64,000 bases of DNA from Tetramitus jugosus (GCA_937625935.1 OW569362.1:310001-374000), one strand, 5' to 3'; shown: positions 39,577-51,468, numbered from the stretch's first letter. Notes: generated from the letters alone by a model not told the origin. Translations and numbers: made by a program.

Positions 39577-41904
39577 TTATTGTTGGAGTGAGGACCGGTG
39601 GTGGAAGACTTGTTGACACGAGTCAGGACTCATGAAAGTCATGCTAATCTTTTGGTTTTCTGATGATTCAAGCATGGAACGACCTCCATCGACTGAGACA
39701 GTCACTTCGAATTCACCCTCCATAGTCATTGGAGTCTCACATATGATACAATCTCTATGCACACAGTACACTCTTTCTGCTCTGTACTGTGAACCAAAGC
39801 TGACAATGACTTTGCTCAAGTCAACATTCTTTGCCATATTGGTACAAATAATCTTCAACAGTTGACCGCCCGTGTTCACTGCAGCAGCAGGTTGAATATC
39901 GATAATGCACGACTCCTTGACAACCTTTTGTTTCAGCTTTTCACCTCTCTTTAGCAAGCCTCTCTTGGTAATCGTTTGGAATCGACCACCATCTGTTGCT
40001 GCAACAACTGTTGGTTGCTCTTGTTCGTTGACAAACAGCTCGAAACTCAAGTAAAAGTTTCCACCATGGTTATGGGTTGCATGTCTGACAACTAATCGAT
40101 CAAATGTGACCATGTGTTGTACATTGCTTCTTGCACTTGACAGAGGAGCGGCTTCTTCGAACAGATGCTCACTGTTGTCGCCGTCGTGTTGCTCCTTCTT
40201 CAAGCTACCGTGATCCGATGACAACAAGTCAACGTGTTGCGAGAGAGACACCAAGTCCTCAGTGCTCAACACTTGGTCGTCGTCATCCTCATCAGACATC
40301 AAGTAGTCACGCACATGTTGATCGTCCATCATTAGTTCATTCATCATTAGATGAGAATCTGAATCAGTGATACCGTTTTGTTGTGATGAAGCAATGTTAC
40401 GTCCACCACCAGGTGACAGCATACTCTCAACAATGGTGAGAATATCAACATCTTGATCCTCATCAGAGGTCACAGTTAGAGAAATGGACTCGCGTCTCAA
40501 TGGTTGTTCTTGTTGTTGTGGTTGGGATTGTCGGAGACCAATTGAAGATGGTGTAAACAATTGGTTCGTATCTTGACCACCAGTCAACATTCTCAGCATT
40601 GAGTAATCACTCGACATACTGTCACTACTATCACTGCCTGCAGCCTTATCGATAGATGGAGTAGGGGAACTCGTAGCAGGGGCAGGTGCAGTCGTAGTAG
40701 ATGGAGTATTATTGTTGTTGTCGTTGGTTTTGACATCAGCAACAGTGGAAGATGATGGAGAGGGAGATGGACTTGTGGAAACAACAGGTTGTGGACCACA
40801 GCTTGAAGTGTCACTCGAGCCCATAAACTTTACATGTCTCTCCTCCAGTACCTGAACACAAATGGATTGTTCTTGCTTGATTGTCATCAACTTGGCTCTC
40901 ATGTGCAATTGATTGTTGCGAAGCAATGAGAGAATACGGTCATTCATGTTTTGAATTCGAACGCATTGAATGGGCAATGGCTCTGCATTTCTCTTGCCAC
41001 CAATGACCTTTTCGTTTTGAGAGTCGACAAAACCTCTGGTAATCAACAATTGACATTCATTGTCTCCAATGTCTGCACTGATGGATGTTGGCTCTAATGA
41101 CAATGGCTTTGCACCATTGGTGTCTGAACTTGCATGGCTCAATTGAGCAAAAGCTTTGGCAGTTGATGATTTGTTGTTGTTGTTACTGGAAACGGCAGTT
41201 GTTTCTTCATCTTCACTGCCACTGCTTGCTACAATCGACAGTCGTCTTCTTACGCTACGAGAGCTAGAGTGACGATTGCTTCGACCGTTGTTATCAATCT
41301 TGTCATTGCTGTCATCACTATTGATGTGGTGATTGCTGTTTGATTGAGCCTTTGGAGAGGCCGTTCTTGCTCTCTTGCCGTTAGTGTTCTTGCCTGTTGG
41401 AGAAGAATGACTAGAATGGACGTTATTTGCCGTGGTATTTGCAGTAGTGACTGCCGTTGTTGTCGTATGGGGGGATGCGACGTTCTTTATCAAGTGAATG
41501 TTCTGATTTTGGTTATGGATGGGAACTACGACGGCCGTCGGGGAAATTGGGGAGGGTAAGGGGGATACGGGGGACACAGTTTGCAGATAGGAGTTGTTGA
41601 GACTCAGGATGCTGAAACCTTGGGAGGGCAGCTGCTGTTGCTGTTGTTGATGAATTTGCTGTTGAGCAAAATAATTGTGCTGCTGCTGTTGTTGTTGCAT
41701 AGCAGACGATGTCAACGTCGTGGTCGTTGAGGAAGCCACTGGGAAAAAGTAAGGGAGCTGTTGATGTTGTGACATTTGATGCTGCTGTTGTTGTTGTTGT
41801 TGGAGATATTGTTGTTGTTGCTGTTGTTGCTGTTGGTATTGGTGAGGGTGCATGAGCTGTGACGGTTGGCAAATGTCAATGCTTGAAAAGTTTGTGCTTG
41901 TCAT
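39577..41904 (-). CDS. Putative transcription factor: poly-Q region, Ig-fold DNA-binding-like segments and a C-terminal IPT/TIG domain
   Basis: IPT: I..I.P......GG..L.I...N......V.FG...I.CETP...G...V.VS.DGG. Upstream beta-rich segment VTFDRLVV...FYLSFEL...FQTITKRG. Confidence 0.65.
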   Translation of the reverse strand: MTSTNFSSIDICQPSQLMHPHQYQQQQQQQQQYLQQQQQQQHQMSQHQQLPYFFPVASSTTTTLTSSAMQQQQQQHNYFAQQQIHQQQQQQLPSQGFSILSLNNSYLQTVSPVSPLPSPISPTAVVVPIHNQNQNIHLIKNVASPHTTTTAVTTANTTANNVHSSHSSPTGKNTNGKRARTASPKAQSNSNHHINSDDSNDKIDNNGRSNRHSSSRSVRRRLSIVASSGSEDEETTAVSSNNNNKSSTAKAFAQLSHASSDTNGAKPLSLEPTSISADIGDNECQLLITRGFVDSQNEKVIGGKRNAEPLPIQCVRIQNMNDRILSLLRNNQLHMRAKLMTIKQEQSICVQVLEERHVKFMGSSDTSSCGPQPVVSTSPSPSPSSSTVADVKTNDNNNNTPSTTTAPAPATSSPTPSIDKAAGSDSSDSMSSDYSMLRMLTGGQDTNQLFTPSSIGLRQSQPQQQEQPLRRESISLTVTSDEDQDVDILTIVESMLSPGGGRNIASSQQNGITDSDSHLMMNELMMDDQHVRDYLMSDEDDDDQVLSTEDLVSLSQHVDLLSSDHGSLKKEQHDGDNSEHLFEEAAPLSSARSNVQHMVTFDRLVVRHATHNHGGNFYLSFELFVNEQEQPTVVAATDGGRFQTITKRGLLKRGEKLKQKVVKESCIIDIQPAAAVNTGGQLLKIICTNMAKNVDLSKVIVSFGSQYRAERVYCVHRDCIICETPMTMEGEFEVTVSVDGGRSMLESSENQKISMTFMSPDSCQQVFHHRSSLQQ

Positions 41905-42838
41905 TCGACGAAATAATAAGTAAGAAAAAGAAGAAAAACGTAGAGTTGTTGTGGTTGGTATCCAAAATGGTGAGTGTCAATTGAAGTTGTTGTTGTGCTC
42001 GGATTTTCTTTCAAATGAGGAAAGAGCAGCACAATTCGCGAAACTTTTAGGTGTGCTACGCGAGAGCAGAGATGGTTCAATAGATGATATGTTGTGTTTG
42101 TTGTTGGTTTTGGTTGGATGTAGAGGTGAGATTTGCCATATGATGGAAAACGTGAGAGGTGCAAAACGAAAGGGCAAAGCGCATTAAGGGATGGGGGCTT
42201 TCTATCCGTCTCATAACAGTTTGAGAGACATGCCCAAAGTCAGATCGGAAAGTCTGACCCTTTTCGCTGCTCTCTACTGATTTTTGACACTGTAACCGTT
42301 AGCAAATTTACCAGAAACAGAGTCGTGACATTAAACGTTTGCCATAGTAGCATTTTTTATCAATTTTGGAATATCCGCTCGAAACCGCGCAATGGAAATT
42401 CCAAGGTCGGCCATTTCAAATGTGATTTGATTCCTTCACATCATCCTTCACTTATCAAAGGGATGACAATTGATGCGGAACATCGACAGATTCATTTCTA
42501 ATCCTGTGATATTCCAACGAACTGAGACATCAATGGTCAAAACCGAATCAGCGCGGGATCATATGCGTAAGTCTTGTTTGGGTTTTTTGACGAATGTTTC
42601 AGGGTAGAATCCCAAACAGACACGTTCGTTGTACGTTTTGATCTAGTCGCACTCTCATCTACAGATATCAAGACTCAGACTTTACCCGTACCACAGCGCC
42701 TGTAGATGTCCACCGAAAAATCTCAGCATCGGAGTTCAAACAACAAAATTCTTCCATAGATCCTACGCCCAATTTCTCCACCAAAGACGAAAAAAAACCA
42801 CGAAAAACACGAAAAACGCAAGCAAGTAGATAGTAGTC

Positions 42839-43791
42839 ATGGCCACCAACACCAACGACAATGCGGCAAATGACAACAAGAACTACACCATTTTCAAATA
42901 CATTATCACAGGCGATATGGGTGTCGGAAAAAGTTGTTTGCTAAGTCAATTTACCGAAAACAAATGTAAGCTTTTTTCCTCTTTTGTTTGTGTGTGTATG
43001 TGGATGGGGTGAGACGACTCGTACGTATCTCTTTCTCCAAAAAAGCTTTGGAGCTAATCATTGAAACTGTTGTTGTGAAATTTGTAGTTTCGGAATCCAC
43101 TCCTACTTTTGGTGTTGAAATTGGCACAAGAGATATTGAAATTGGAGGAAAACAAATTAAAATTCAAATTTGGGATACCGTATGTATGATGAATGTGTGA
43201 AGGCGAAGATCTTTATCTACACATATTTTTTTCTGTTGGTTTGTGGCGCCAAAAAGCAAACGCTTTTTTGTACTGCTGGAAAAGCTAACCACGAAGATTT
43301 TTTCGATATTTTTCTCTAAACCAACCACACACAACAACAATCTACCTTGATGATCAAAGGCAGGACAAGAGAGATTCAGAGCAGTGACCAGAAACTACTA
43401 TCAAGGAACAGCTTGTGCCTTCCTGGTGTACGATATAACGAGAAGAGAAACATTTATACATTTGACTTCATGGCTCACTGATGCCAAGAACTTGACCAAT
43501 CCAAACACCACTATTATCATGGTGGGAAATAAGCTTGACTTGGCTGATCAAAGAGGTGTCTCGTTCGAAGAGGCAACTCAGTTTGCAAAGGAAAACGATT
43601 TGGTTTACATTGAAACCAGTGCGAAAACTGGTGAGAGAGTGGATGAAGCATTCTTGACAACTGCAAAGACGATTTATGATGGAATTCAGAATGGTCTAAT
43701 TGATCCAAATGATAGAGCAACTGGTGTGACTATACACTCGGAAACTATTACGAGTACAGAGGTACAAGCACCAAAGAAGTGTTGCATGTAA
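42839..43791 (+). CDS. RAB14: Rab GTPase, Rab14-like; 3 exons (42839-42965, 43088-43179, 43360-43791)
   Basis: [58 protein letters not shown]-terminal CCM prenylation motif. Confidence 0.85.
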
Positions 43792-44077
43792 TTAATTGAA
43801 AGACGCTGCGAAGAAGTAGCAAGTAATGGAATTAATAAAGGCTAAGATCTTCATCAATGTGATGCTTGTGCAATGGGGATAATGACTCGGGCAGTGTTGA
43901 ATGATCGGATGTATCACAGTGGCCTTTTGCTTGTCAGATATCAACATTTCCCGACCTCAACAAAAAGATTTCGGACTGGGCTTTTCGAACTGAGCCCCTC
44001 AAAAAAAATCAAATAGAGGTTCACCATCACAAACAATCATACGTGCTACTTGTAGTATCGTTTTTTATTTCTTAAAA

Positions 44078-45328
44078 ATGACTAAACTTCAAAATAATGA
44101 ACATGTTGACCATGGCACTGAGCGAGACAATGCTGCAACATCAAATGACAACTTGTTGAACACCTTTGTTCAACAGTTGCTCGTCCAGGAGGAAACTGAC
44201 TCGGGTTCCGTCCAGTTTGTCAGTCCAAACGACACCAATGATCCCTTCAATGCTCGATTGGATTGTTCAAAGCAAAGTTGGATGACTGTGAGAGGGTTTT
44301 TGTTGTTGCCATTGGCCATTATTCGTCTCATCATTATCACCTTTTTTGTTGCATTTGTCACTTTTGCCAACCAGTTCCTTCTGTGGCTCAGTGGCATCTC
44401 CACGTACTCTCAATTGAGTGGTTGGCGCAAGCAAGTTTTTGATGGAATTTTTCAAATTTGCGCCCGATCCGCCATTTTTGTGTTGGGTGTCTACAGGATC
44501 AATCGTGTGCAAATCTCCGAAGAGACTATGAAGCAGATGCAGGAGCAAGTCAGGAGCAGGCCATACAAGCACGAGGATGTTGCTCAAAAACAACAGGAGC
44601 AGCAGTCCAAAACCGATGGTCAACTCATGTTGGACAGTGAAATGTGCAATAACACACGAGTGGACCCACCTGCTATTATCGTGTGCAATCATGTCACTTC
44701 GTTCGATGCATTCCTTCTAAAGACTCATGTCGGTTCATTTACTGCAGTTGCGAAAGCGGATGCCAAGCATAGTTTGATTGGTGGTGCTGCCAAAATGATG
44801 GAAGCTCTGTTCTTGGATCGTGAAAACAGGAGCAAGATTGTGTATGACATGTACATGAGAACCAAGAGATACTATGAGTGCATGATCCACAAGGTCAAGT
44901 GCGCAACGGATCCCAGACCTGCTCCATTGGTCATCTTCCCCGAAGGAACAACAACTTCTGGTCACTTGATGCTCAAGTTCAATACGGGAGCATTCCGAAT
45001 TGGTGCACCAGTGTTGCCTGTTGTTCTTCGTTTGCCTTATCGTTATTTCAACATGGGGTGGACCAGTGAGTTGCCAGCACTCAAGTACTTTTTGCTGCAT
45101 TACACTCAAATCTTTGTTCCAGCAACAATTGTTGGCTTTCCAAAGTATATTCCGAACGAACAAGAGAGGGTCGATGCCAAGTTTTATGCTGAGAATGTGA
45201 GAAGAGTGATGGCTGCTGGTGCGAATCTGATGTGTCCAGAAATGCCAAAAATGACTCTGTACAATAAGCTATTTGGACGTTTCCATGACAATGCCGACCA
45301 CAATAGCAACAAGCTCAAGAGCCAATAA
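44078..45328 (+). CDS. Lysophospholipid acyltransferase (LPCAT/AGPAT family)
   Basis: NHVTSFD (HX4D), FLDR, IFPEGTT, F..GAF....PV.PV, AENVR.VMA; N-terminal TM segment. Confidence 0.92.
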   Translation: MTKLQNNEHVDHGTERDNAATSNDNLLNTFVQQLLVQEETDSGSVQFVSPNDTNDPFNARLDCSKQSWMTVRGFLLLPLAIIRLIIITFFVAFVTFANQFLLWLSGISTYSQLSGWRKQVFDGIFQICARSAIFVLGVYRINRVQISEETMKQMQEQVRSRPYKHEDVAQKQQEQQSKTDGQLMLDSEMCNNTRVDPPAIIVCNHVTSFDAFLLKTHVGSFTAVAKADAKHSLIGGAAKMMEALFLDRENRSKIVYDMYMRTKRYYECMIHKVKCATDPRPAPLVIFPEGTTTSGHLMLKFNTGAFRIGAPVLPVVLRLPYRYFNMGWTSELPALKYFLLHYTQIFVPATIVGFPKYIPNEQERVDAKFYAENVRRVMAAGANLMCPEMPKMTLYNKLFGRFHDNADHNSNKLKSQ

Positions 45329-45468
45329 ACAGCCTAATAACCAAGCCCGAAACCTATTGTGCATCAGGCACTCATCTTTTGGTTAAGCGGGCTTTTGACT
45401 TGAGCGCGACAACCGTTATGCAGTAAACAGAAAATGCAATTTCACTCGAAACTGGATGAGAAACACCA

Positions 45469-48256
45469 ATGAGCGATAATACAGCTGGTAAAGGCAGAGT
45501 TGGAACACTAAGGGCGCCGGGAGGTTCCCAGAATGATAATACCTCATTCTCCATTTCCAATTTTAAGGAAGATGATGGAATGATGAAGGAATCAGCTCTA
45601 GAAGCTGCATCCAAGCTCGAAAGCCAGTATGAATGTAATGATTTCGAGAATTTCAACTGATACGAAGATTTTGAGATGTGTTATTGACTTTGAGCTTTAT
45701 TTGTTCATGCGATAGTGACATATAAGACGATTGATGAAGTTCGGAGAGCAATAGATGACATGAAGCAAGTACGAAACAAGAATGCAAGCGAAGAGGTAGA
45801 GAGTACTGTACAGAGTGGGCCTTTTCATTTTTCAAATATTGCACCAGAATCGAAGAAGGATGAACATTCTGTTTCGTTTCAGTTTGGTGACATATCGTTT
45901 CAGATGAAGGAAGAGCCAATTCATAATAGGTTAATCAGTTATGGACAAGCATTGTAGGTATTCCCATATTCTGTTTCACTATTGAAAATCAGTTTCTTAC
46001 CTTGACAATTACAGAAAAGAAAAGAGAGAAAAGATGAGAGAAGAGGCAGAGAAGAATGTTGGTACTCATAAGCCAGAGATCACAGAGGCAGCAAAGAATA
46101 TCAAGCGAAACGAGCCGATTGTAAATGTATTAATGAAGCGAAGGATGGAACATGAAGTTAAAATGGATGAAATGAGGAAAGCAAAGGAGGAAAAAGAGGT
46201 ACGTGTAATTGATGATTTCATCAATGGGTGATACCAAAGTTGTATTAACATGAACTGGTTAGATGAGTCAACTTTCTTCCCCACAAATTAGTGAACATGC
46301 TAAATCGTTAAGGAGATCAGAGCCAGCTCACGAACGTTTATTTGAATCTCGAAGACTCAATCTTGATAAAAGAGAACAACTTAAGAACAGACTAGAACAA
46401 CAACAAAACGAGCTGATATCAGGTAAACCGAAAATTAACAAGGTTTCACAGAATCTGAATCGAACTTGGGAAGATCAACTTGAATGGGCCGCAGCTAAAG
46501 AACAAAGGAATGAAGCACTAAGAAAACGTAAGGAGGAAGAAGATAAACGGATCATGCAGAAACCAAAGATTAATACAATAAGTGCTCGATTAGCGGGAAT
46601 GAGAGACAGAGGTGCCAACATTCACGAGCATCTTTTAGAGCAACATAAGCGAAAACAAGAAGAAAAACTGAAAATGATAATGGAAGAGAAAGCTAAGGAG
46701 ATGAATAGCTCAGTACCGACAATATCCGCTCACTCTTCTAATCTTCAAAGAAATGATCAAGTATTTGATCGACTGTATAATGCATCTATCGAGGCAGAGG
46801 AAAAGAAACGACGAGAAATTGAGATTATTGAAGAATGTGAGAGGAGAAATATTGATGTGAACACAGGTAGAAAGATGCATAGCCCGAGAATTAACCGTAG
46901 ATCACACCAAATGGTTCGAAGTGAACCAATCGAGGAAATATTACTGAGAAAAGCGGCAGAGAAACAGGCAAAGTTAGAATGGGCCAAACAAATGGAGGAG
47001 CAACAGATTGCGGACTTTCAGAATATTAAGGTTGGAGAATACAGTCGATTTCTTGCTGATTTACTTGAGAGAAAAACAAACACTACTTCACAGGACAGAC
47101 TATTAGGCCCTAAATCTAACAATAGTTCATCTTCCACCTCTATGATTGCAGAAGAGGAGATTCAATGTACCTTTAGACCGAAGATTAACGACAATTCGAG
47201 ACATTTGGATCGGAGTCTCGCTGCCCAATCAACTCCTCGTTCAGTTATGCTACTCAAAAAGGGAGATGAGTATGAGGACAGGCGAAAACAACTGAAAGAG
47301 AGGATAACTCAACAACGAATGAGTGATTGTACGTTTTCTCCTAGATTTTCTTCGCCTAATCGTATGAAACTCCAACGAAGTGGATCAAGTACTATAGCAG
47401 AAAGGTCCCAAGAATGGTCTCGAAAAACCGATAAGAAAATAGAACTAGAGAGACAACAAACCAAACAGAAAGAGTTAGAGGGAGTAAGTACATATATTTG
47501 TTAAGTTTTTTGTGATCAAAATGAGTATTGACCTCGTAGTAGTGTACCTTCAAACCTGTTCTATCTGGAGATTTGAAGAAGAGATCTCAGTCAAGTGGCT
47601 CTTTTCTGAAGGGAAGTTTTGTTTCATCATCAAGCTATCTGGAAGATATGTCGATCTCTATCGCACCAAGCCACTCCGTCCTTCCCAACGACAATAATAG
47701 TCATATCAAAGAGCCCATCATAGCTGTAAGTAATCCACCCAACCCATCTAATTCAACTAAGAATGACAATCTAGACCTTTTTGTAGAACCAAAGAAGAAC
47801 TCAATAGTAAGAGACAAAGTGCGAATCACTTCTGTCCGTTCTCAATCTTCAGGCAAACAACTTCGGAAGTCACATCAATCATCAATGACAAAACCTATAG
47901 TTGAGCCCCGAATGAACAACTATACGCAACCTCAAGGGATCTCTGTAAATCCCCAATCAATACATTCAGAAGAAGTTCGTTCAGCCGCTACCCACTCAAG
48001 GAAACGGTCATCCAACAACTTACCACCCAGGCAAAGAGAAAAAGAAGATGTACAAAGAGCAAGAGAGCAAAGCGAACTTTATTATTCCACACAATTGAAC
48101 GAAACTGATGTATTCACTTTGGACAACATACAACAACCAACTCTCAGAAGACAAGTACCACAAAAACCACGCCTAACCAGAGGACAGATAGAAACAACCA
48201 AGTCCAATGATAGAGTTACCAATCCCTTGGAATTTCTAGATGAGGATATTCGGTGA
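45469..48256 (+). CDS. Multi-exon coiled-coil protein with repeated (CTF)xPxI...S..L motifs, probably cytoskeletal
   Basis: Exons linked by GT-AG introns near 45627-45715, 45954-46014, 46199-46263 and 47484-47542 (approximate). About 9 repeats, e.g. GKPKINKVSQNL, CTFRPKINDNSRHL, CTFKPVL. Confidence 0.7.
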
Positions 48257-48516
48257 ATGAAAAACATTTTGTGCCGTCAATGAAACTGACCAATGCTTTC
48301 TTATCCAAGCACGATCATCTGGCATTAGATTGGCACGTGTATTCATGTAGAAAAATCGAACACAACAAAAAAGGTTGACGTGTCACTTTACAATATCCAC
48401 TTGTTTTGTGCATTGTTCAATGGATCCAAAAAAAACACCTTCGAAAATCAAACAAGAGAAAAACCAAATATTTCATCTCTCGACGCCCAAAAAAACTCCA
48501 ACACATTCAAGAAGAG

Positions 48517-49666
48517 ATGGATACCGAACTCCTCCAGTCCTATGTCGCCCTTTTGACACTTGCTCTCATACCAATTCTAATTGGTTCCTACATGTCACTC
48601 AAGCCTTCACAGGTAAGTCCCATTGTCATCATCATCATCATCATTTGATGATCAACTGCAAAAGTAGATTCACAAAACACATATTCACACTTAACAACAG
48701 ATTGATTCAATGACATCTGAAGATGCCTATCTCTTCCCAGTGTTTGGCTCTGTTGTTCTCTTTTCACTCTACTTGTGCTTCAAATTCTTGTCTACAGAGT
48801 GGGTCAATTTTATCATGAGTTCCTATTTTATGGTTCTTGGAATTGGAGCCATCACTACCTTTTTGCATCCAGTGTTGATCAATATTTTGCCATATGAAGG
48901 CATTGTAAAGAAGAAGCCAATTAGCTTTGTTGTTCCATTGTACGGTAAAGTAGAGATTCATGTCGTGGATTTGTTTGGAGGTGCGATTGCCACTGTGATT
49001 GGATTGATTTATTTGATGACAAAGCACTGGGTGGCCAACAATATTTTTGGCGAGTGTTTCTCCATTGTGAGTATTCAAATGATTCATTTGGGAAGCTTCA
49101 AGGTTGGAAGCATCTTGTTGATTGGTCTCTTTTTCTATGACATCTTTTGGGTGTTTGGTACGGATGTGATGGTGACTGTAGCAAAGTCGTTTGATGCACC
49201 AATTAAGGTTGTTTGGCCAAAGAGCGCTGGTTTTTCATTGCTTGGATTGGGCGATATTGTGATTCCCGGTATTTTTATTGCTTTGATGTTGCGATTTGAC
49301 AGATATTTGGCAAAGAAGAAGCCATCGACCCACAAGAGCAATGTCTACTTTAATGCTTGCTTTGCCGGTTATATTGTCGGTTTGGTGAGCACCATTATGG
49401 TCTTGCACATTTTCAGAGCTGGTCAAGTATGTCAACAAGTTTATTGCATTTCGATCCCATTTATGGTCCGTTTTCTAACACTTAACCACCTTTGTACTAT
49501 TTTTCTCTAGCCTGCTCTGTTGTATATTGTACCTTGTGTTCTCTCGTCTGTTCTCATTACAGCATTTGTTAGAGGTGAAATCAAGGAACTGTTTTCTTAT
49601 CATGATGACGATCATGCCAAGGAAGAAGGATGGAAGAAGGCATCCGCAAAGCAGAGTCAAGAATAA
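48517..49666 (+). CDS. HM13: Signal peptide peptidase (presenilin-type aspartyl protease); exons 48517-48612, 48701-49426, 49511-49666
   Basis: DAYLFPV.GS..LF.LY, HW.ANN, LFFYDIFWVFGT.VMV.VAKSFDAPIK, LGLGDIVIPG, and GQ|PALLYIVP split across the last intron. Confidence 0.96.
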
Positions 49667-49923
49667 GTCTCTGTCGCTCCCTGACATGTTATTACTTGTA
49701 TCCCAGTCCACCTCACCTGGCATTTCAATTTTGTAAAATGTGAAAAATTTATGGTAGTTTCTCCGTTTTGTAAAAAGGAGACTGAAAAACCGCGACACGC
49801 AAAAACAACACCAAAAAAACTCGAGCACGAAAAAGCATTTTTCCCAGTAAGAATATAGTCAATTTGACAGTGTGTACGTTTGCCGCTAGAGTCTCCTTCA
49901 TCAACAACAAGTAACAAAACACA

Positions 49924-51189
49924 ATGCAAAAGCAAGCTTCATCCATCATACGACCAATCGTGTCACGTTGTCTATTCAATCATCGATCATCATCGATCGT
50001 CATAACGAACAACATTACCAACAACAACACAAAGCGTTCACTGTACACACCACTACCAGAAGACAACAAACCTAACCCAACAGAATCTTTCCCATGGCGC
50101 ACATTTACAATCCCTGCTTCGTACACCACATCCTATCACACCCCATTCATGAAGTCAGCTGCTACTGATTTGCACGTTGCAGCCTATAATCCAATGGGAA
50201 AGGCATTGAAACCACCACAACCAATCATTTTATTGCCTGGTCTCTGCACCAATCACACCATTTACAGCTCTCTTGCAAGAGAACTCAATTATCCATATGG
50301 TTTGCTTGCCATGAACTATCACTCTAGAGGTGAGAGCAAACCACAGAATTTGAGTAATGCGAACGAAGCTTTCAACTCTATCAAGAGTCACGTGTATGAT
50401 TTGTTGCGTGTTTTGAGAAGTTGTGAGCAGACACATGCTTTCCTCGTGGGTCACGGCTTTGGTGGATTGGTTGGACTGTTGGCCATGAAAATGTTTCCAC
50501 ATCGAATTTCTGGTATGGTGTTGTTGGACTCTGGATTCCCTGCAGAACGTGAATCGAGTGCTTCTGACGACGCAACTACTGCTGCGAATGAATTGGCTGC
50601 CAAGTTGAACCTACCAGAACACATTCTCTCTGGTTACATGAGAGAGTTGGAAATGTTGGTGGATGAAAGTGTAACTGCTGATCAATTGCGCGAGTCATTC
50701 TTTGGCAAGGATTGTGCCAACCAAGTGGACGCACAGGACTTTGCTGCCTATTCGCTAGAAAAGAGAGATGTGGCTGCTTTGAGAGCATCTGCCATGATGG
50801 ACTTGCAAAGTTTGCCAAGTGTCATGATGAACATGGAAGAGTTGTTCAAGTTGAGACATCCAATGCACATTGTGAGAGCTGACACTGGATTCCCATTTGC
50901 CGGTGTGGATCAAAAGCCATTGTTGGACGAGAAGGTTGCCAAGAATATGCAATCCGAGTTGAACATTAAGGACAGAGTTGTGACCATCAAGGGAGCTAAT
51001 CACTACTCACTGTTGACTGGAAAGAACGTGTCCGAAGTTGCCAAGGCAATTGAGAGTCTTGTTTGCCGATATGACATCCACTGGAGAATCAATGCTGAGT
51101 TTGAGTCATTGAAGGACGAAACACCTCAACAAAGAAGAGAAAGATTGGAGAAGCTCAAGAAGGAACAACAACAGCCACAACAGGAATAA
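49924..51189 (+). CDS. Alpha/beta-hydrolase fold protein lacking the nucleophile Ser, with mitochondrial-type presequence
   Basis: IILLPGL, SRGES, nucleophile elbow GHGFGG, P.RISGMVLLD, GANHY; Arg-rich N-terminus ending KRSLYT. Confidence 0.8.
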   Translation: MQKQASSIIRPIVSRCLFNHRSSSIVITNNITNNNTKRSLYTPLPEDNKPNPTESFPWRTFTIPASYTTSYHTPFMKSAATDLHVAAYNPMGKALKPPQPIILLPGLCTNHTIYSSLARELNYPYGLLAMNYHSRGESKPQNLSNANEAFNSIKSHVYDLLRVLRSCEQTHAFLVGHGFGGLVGLLAMKMFPHRISGMVLLDSGFPAERESSASDDATTAANELAAKLNLPEHILSGYMRELEMLVDESVTADQLRESFFGKDCANQVDAQDFAAYSLEKRDVAALRASAMMDLQSLPSVMMNMEELFKLRHPMHIVRADTGFPFAGVDQKPLLDEKVAKNMQSELNIKDRVVTIKGANHYSLLTGKNVSEVAKAIESLVCRYDIHWRINAEFESLKDETPQQRRERLEKLKKEQQQPQQE

Positions 51190-51468
51190 AGGAAAAAGTA
51201 ATCATCATTTTGAAGTCGGTGCCGAATTCTTGCCTGTACAGGTATTTCAGGTGTTGCCGGTTGACTTTTTTATCTCTGAGTTCGCCGAACGGGCAGAGCG
51301 TCGTAGTTAGCAAGGCGGTCATCTATTTTTTGTCGATGTCTTTTGGCAGTGGGGGCAGATTTCTGGCTGTTTTTGTTTTGAGCAAAGAAAGCTGCAAGCT
51401 AAACACAACCTTGCTTCTCGCCATTGTGTTTGTTGGTCTGCAACAGTTATACCCGAGAAAATATATCA

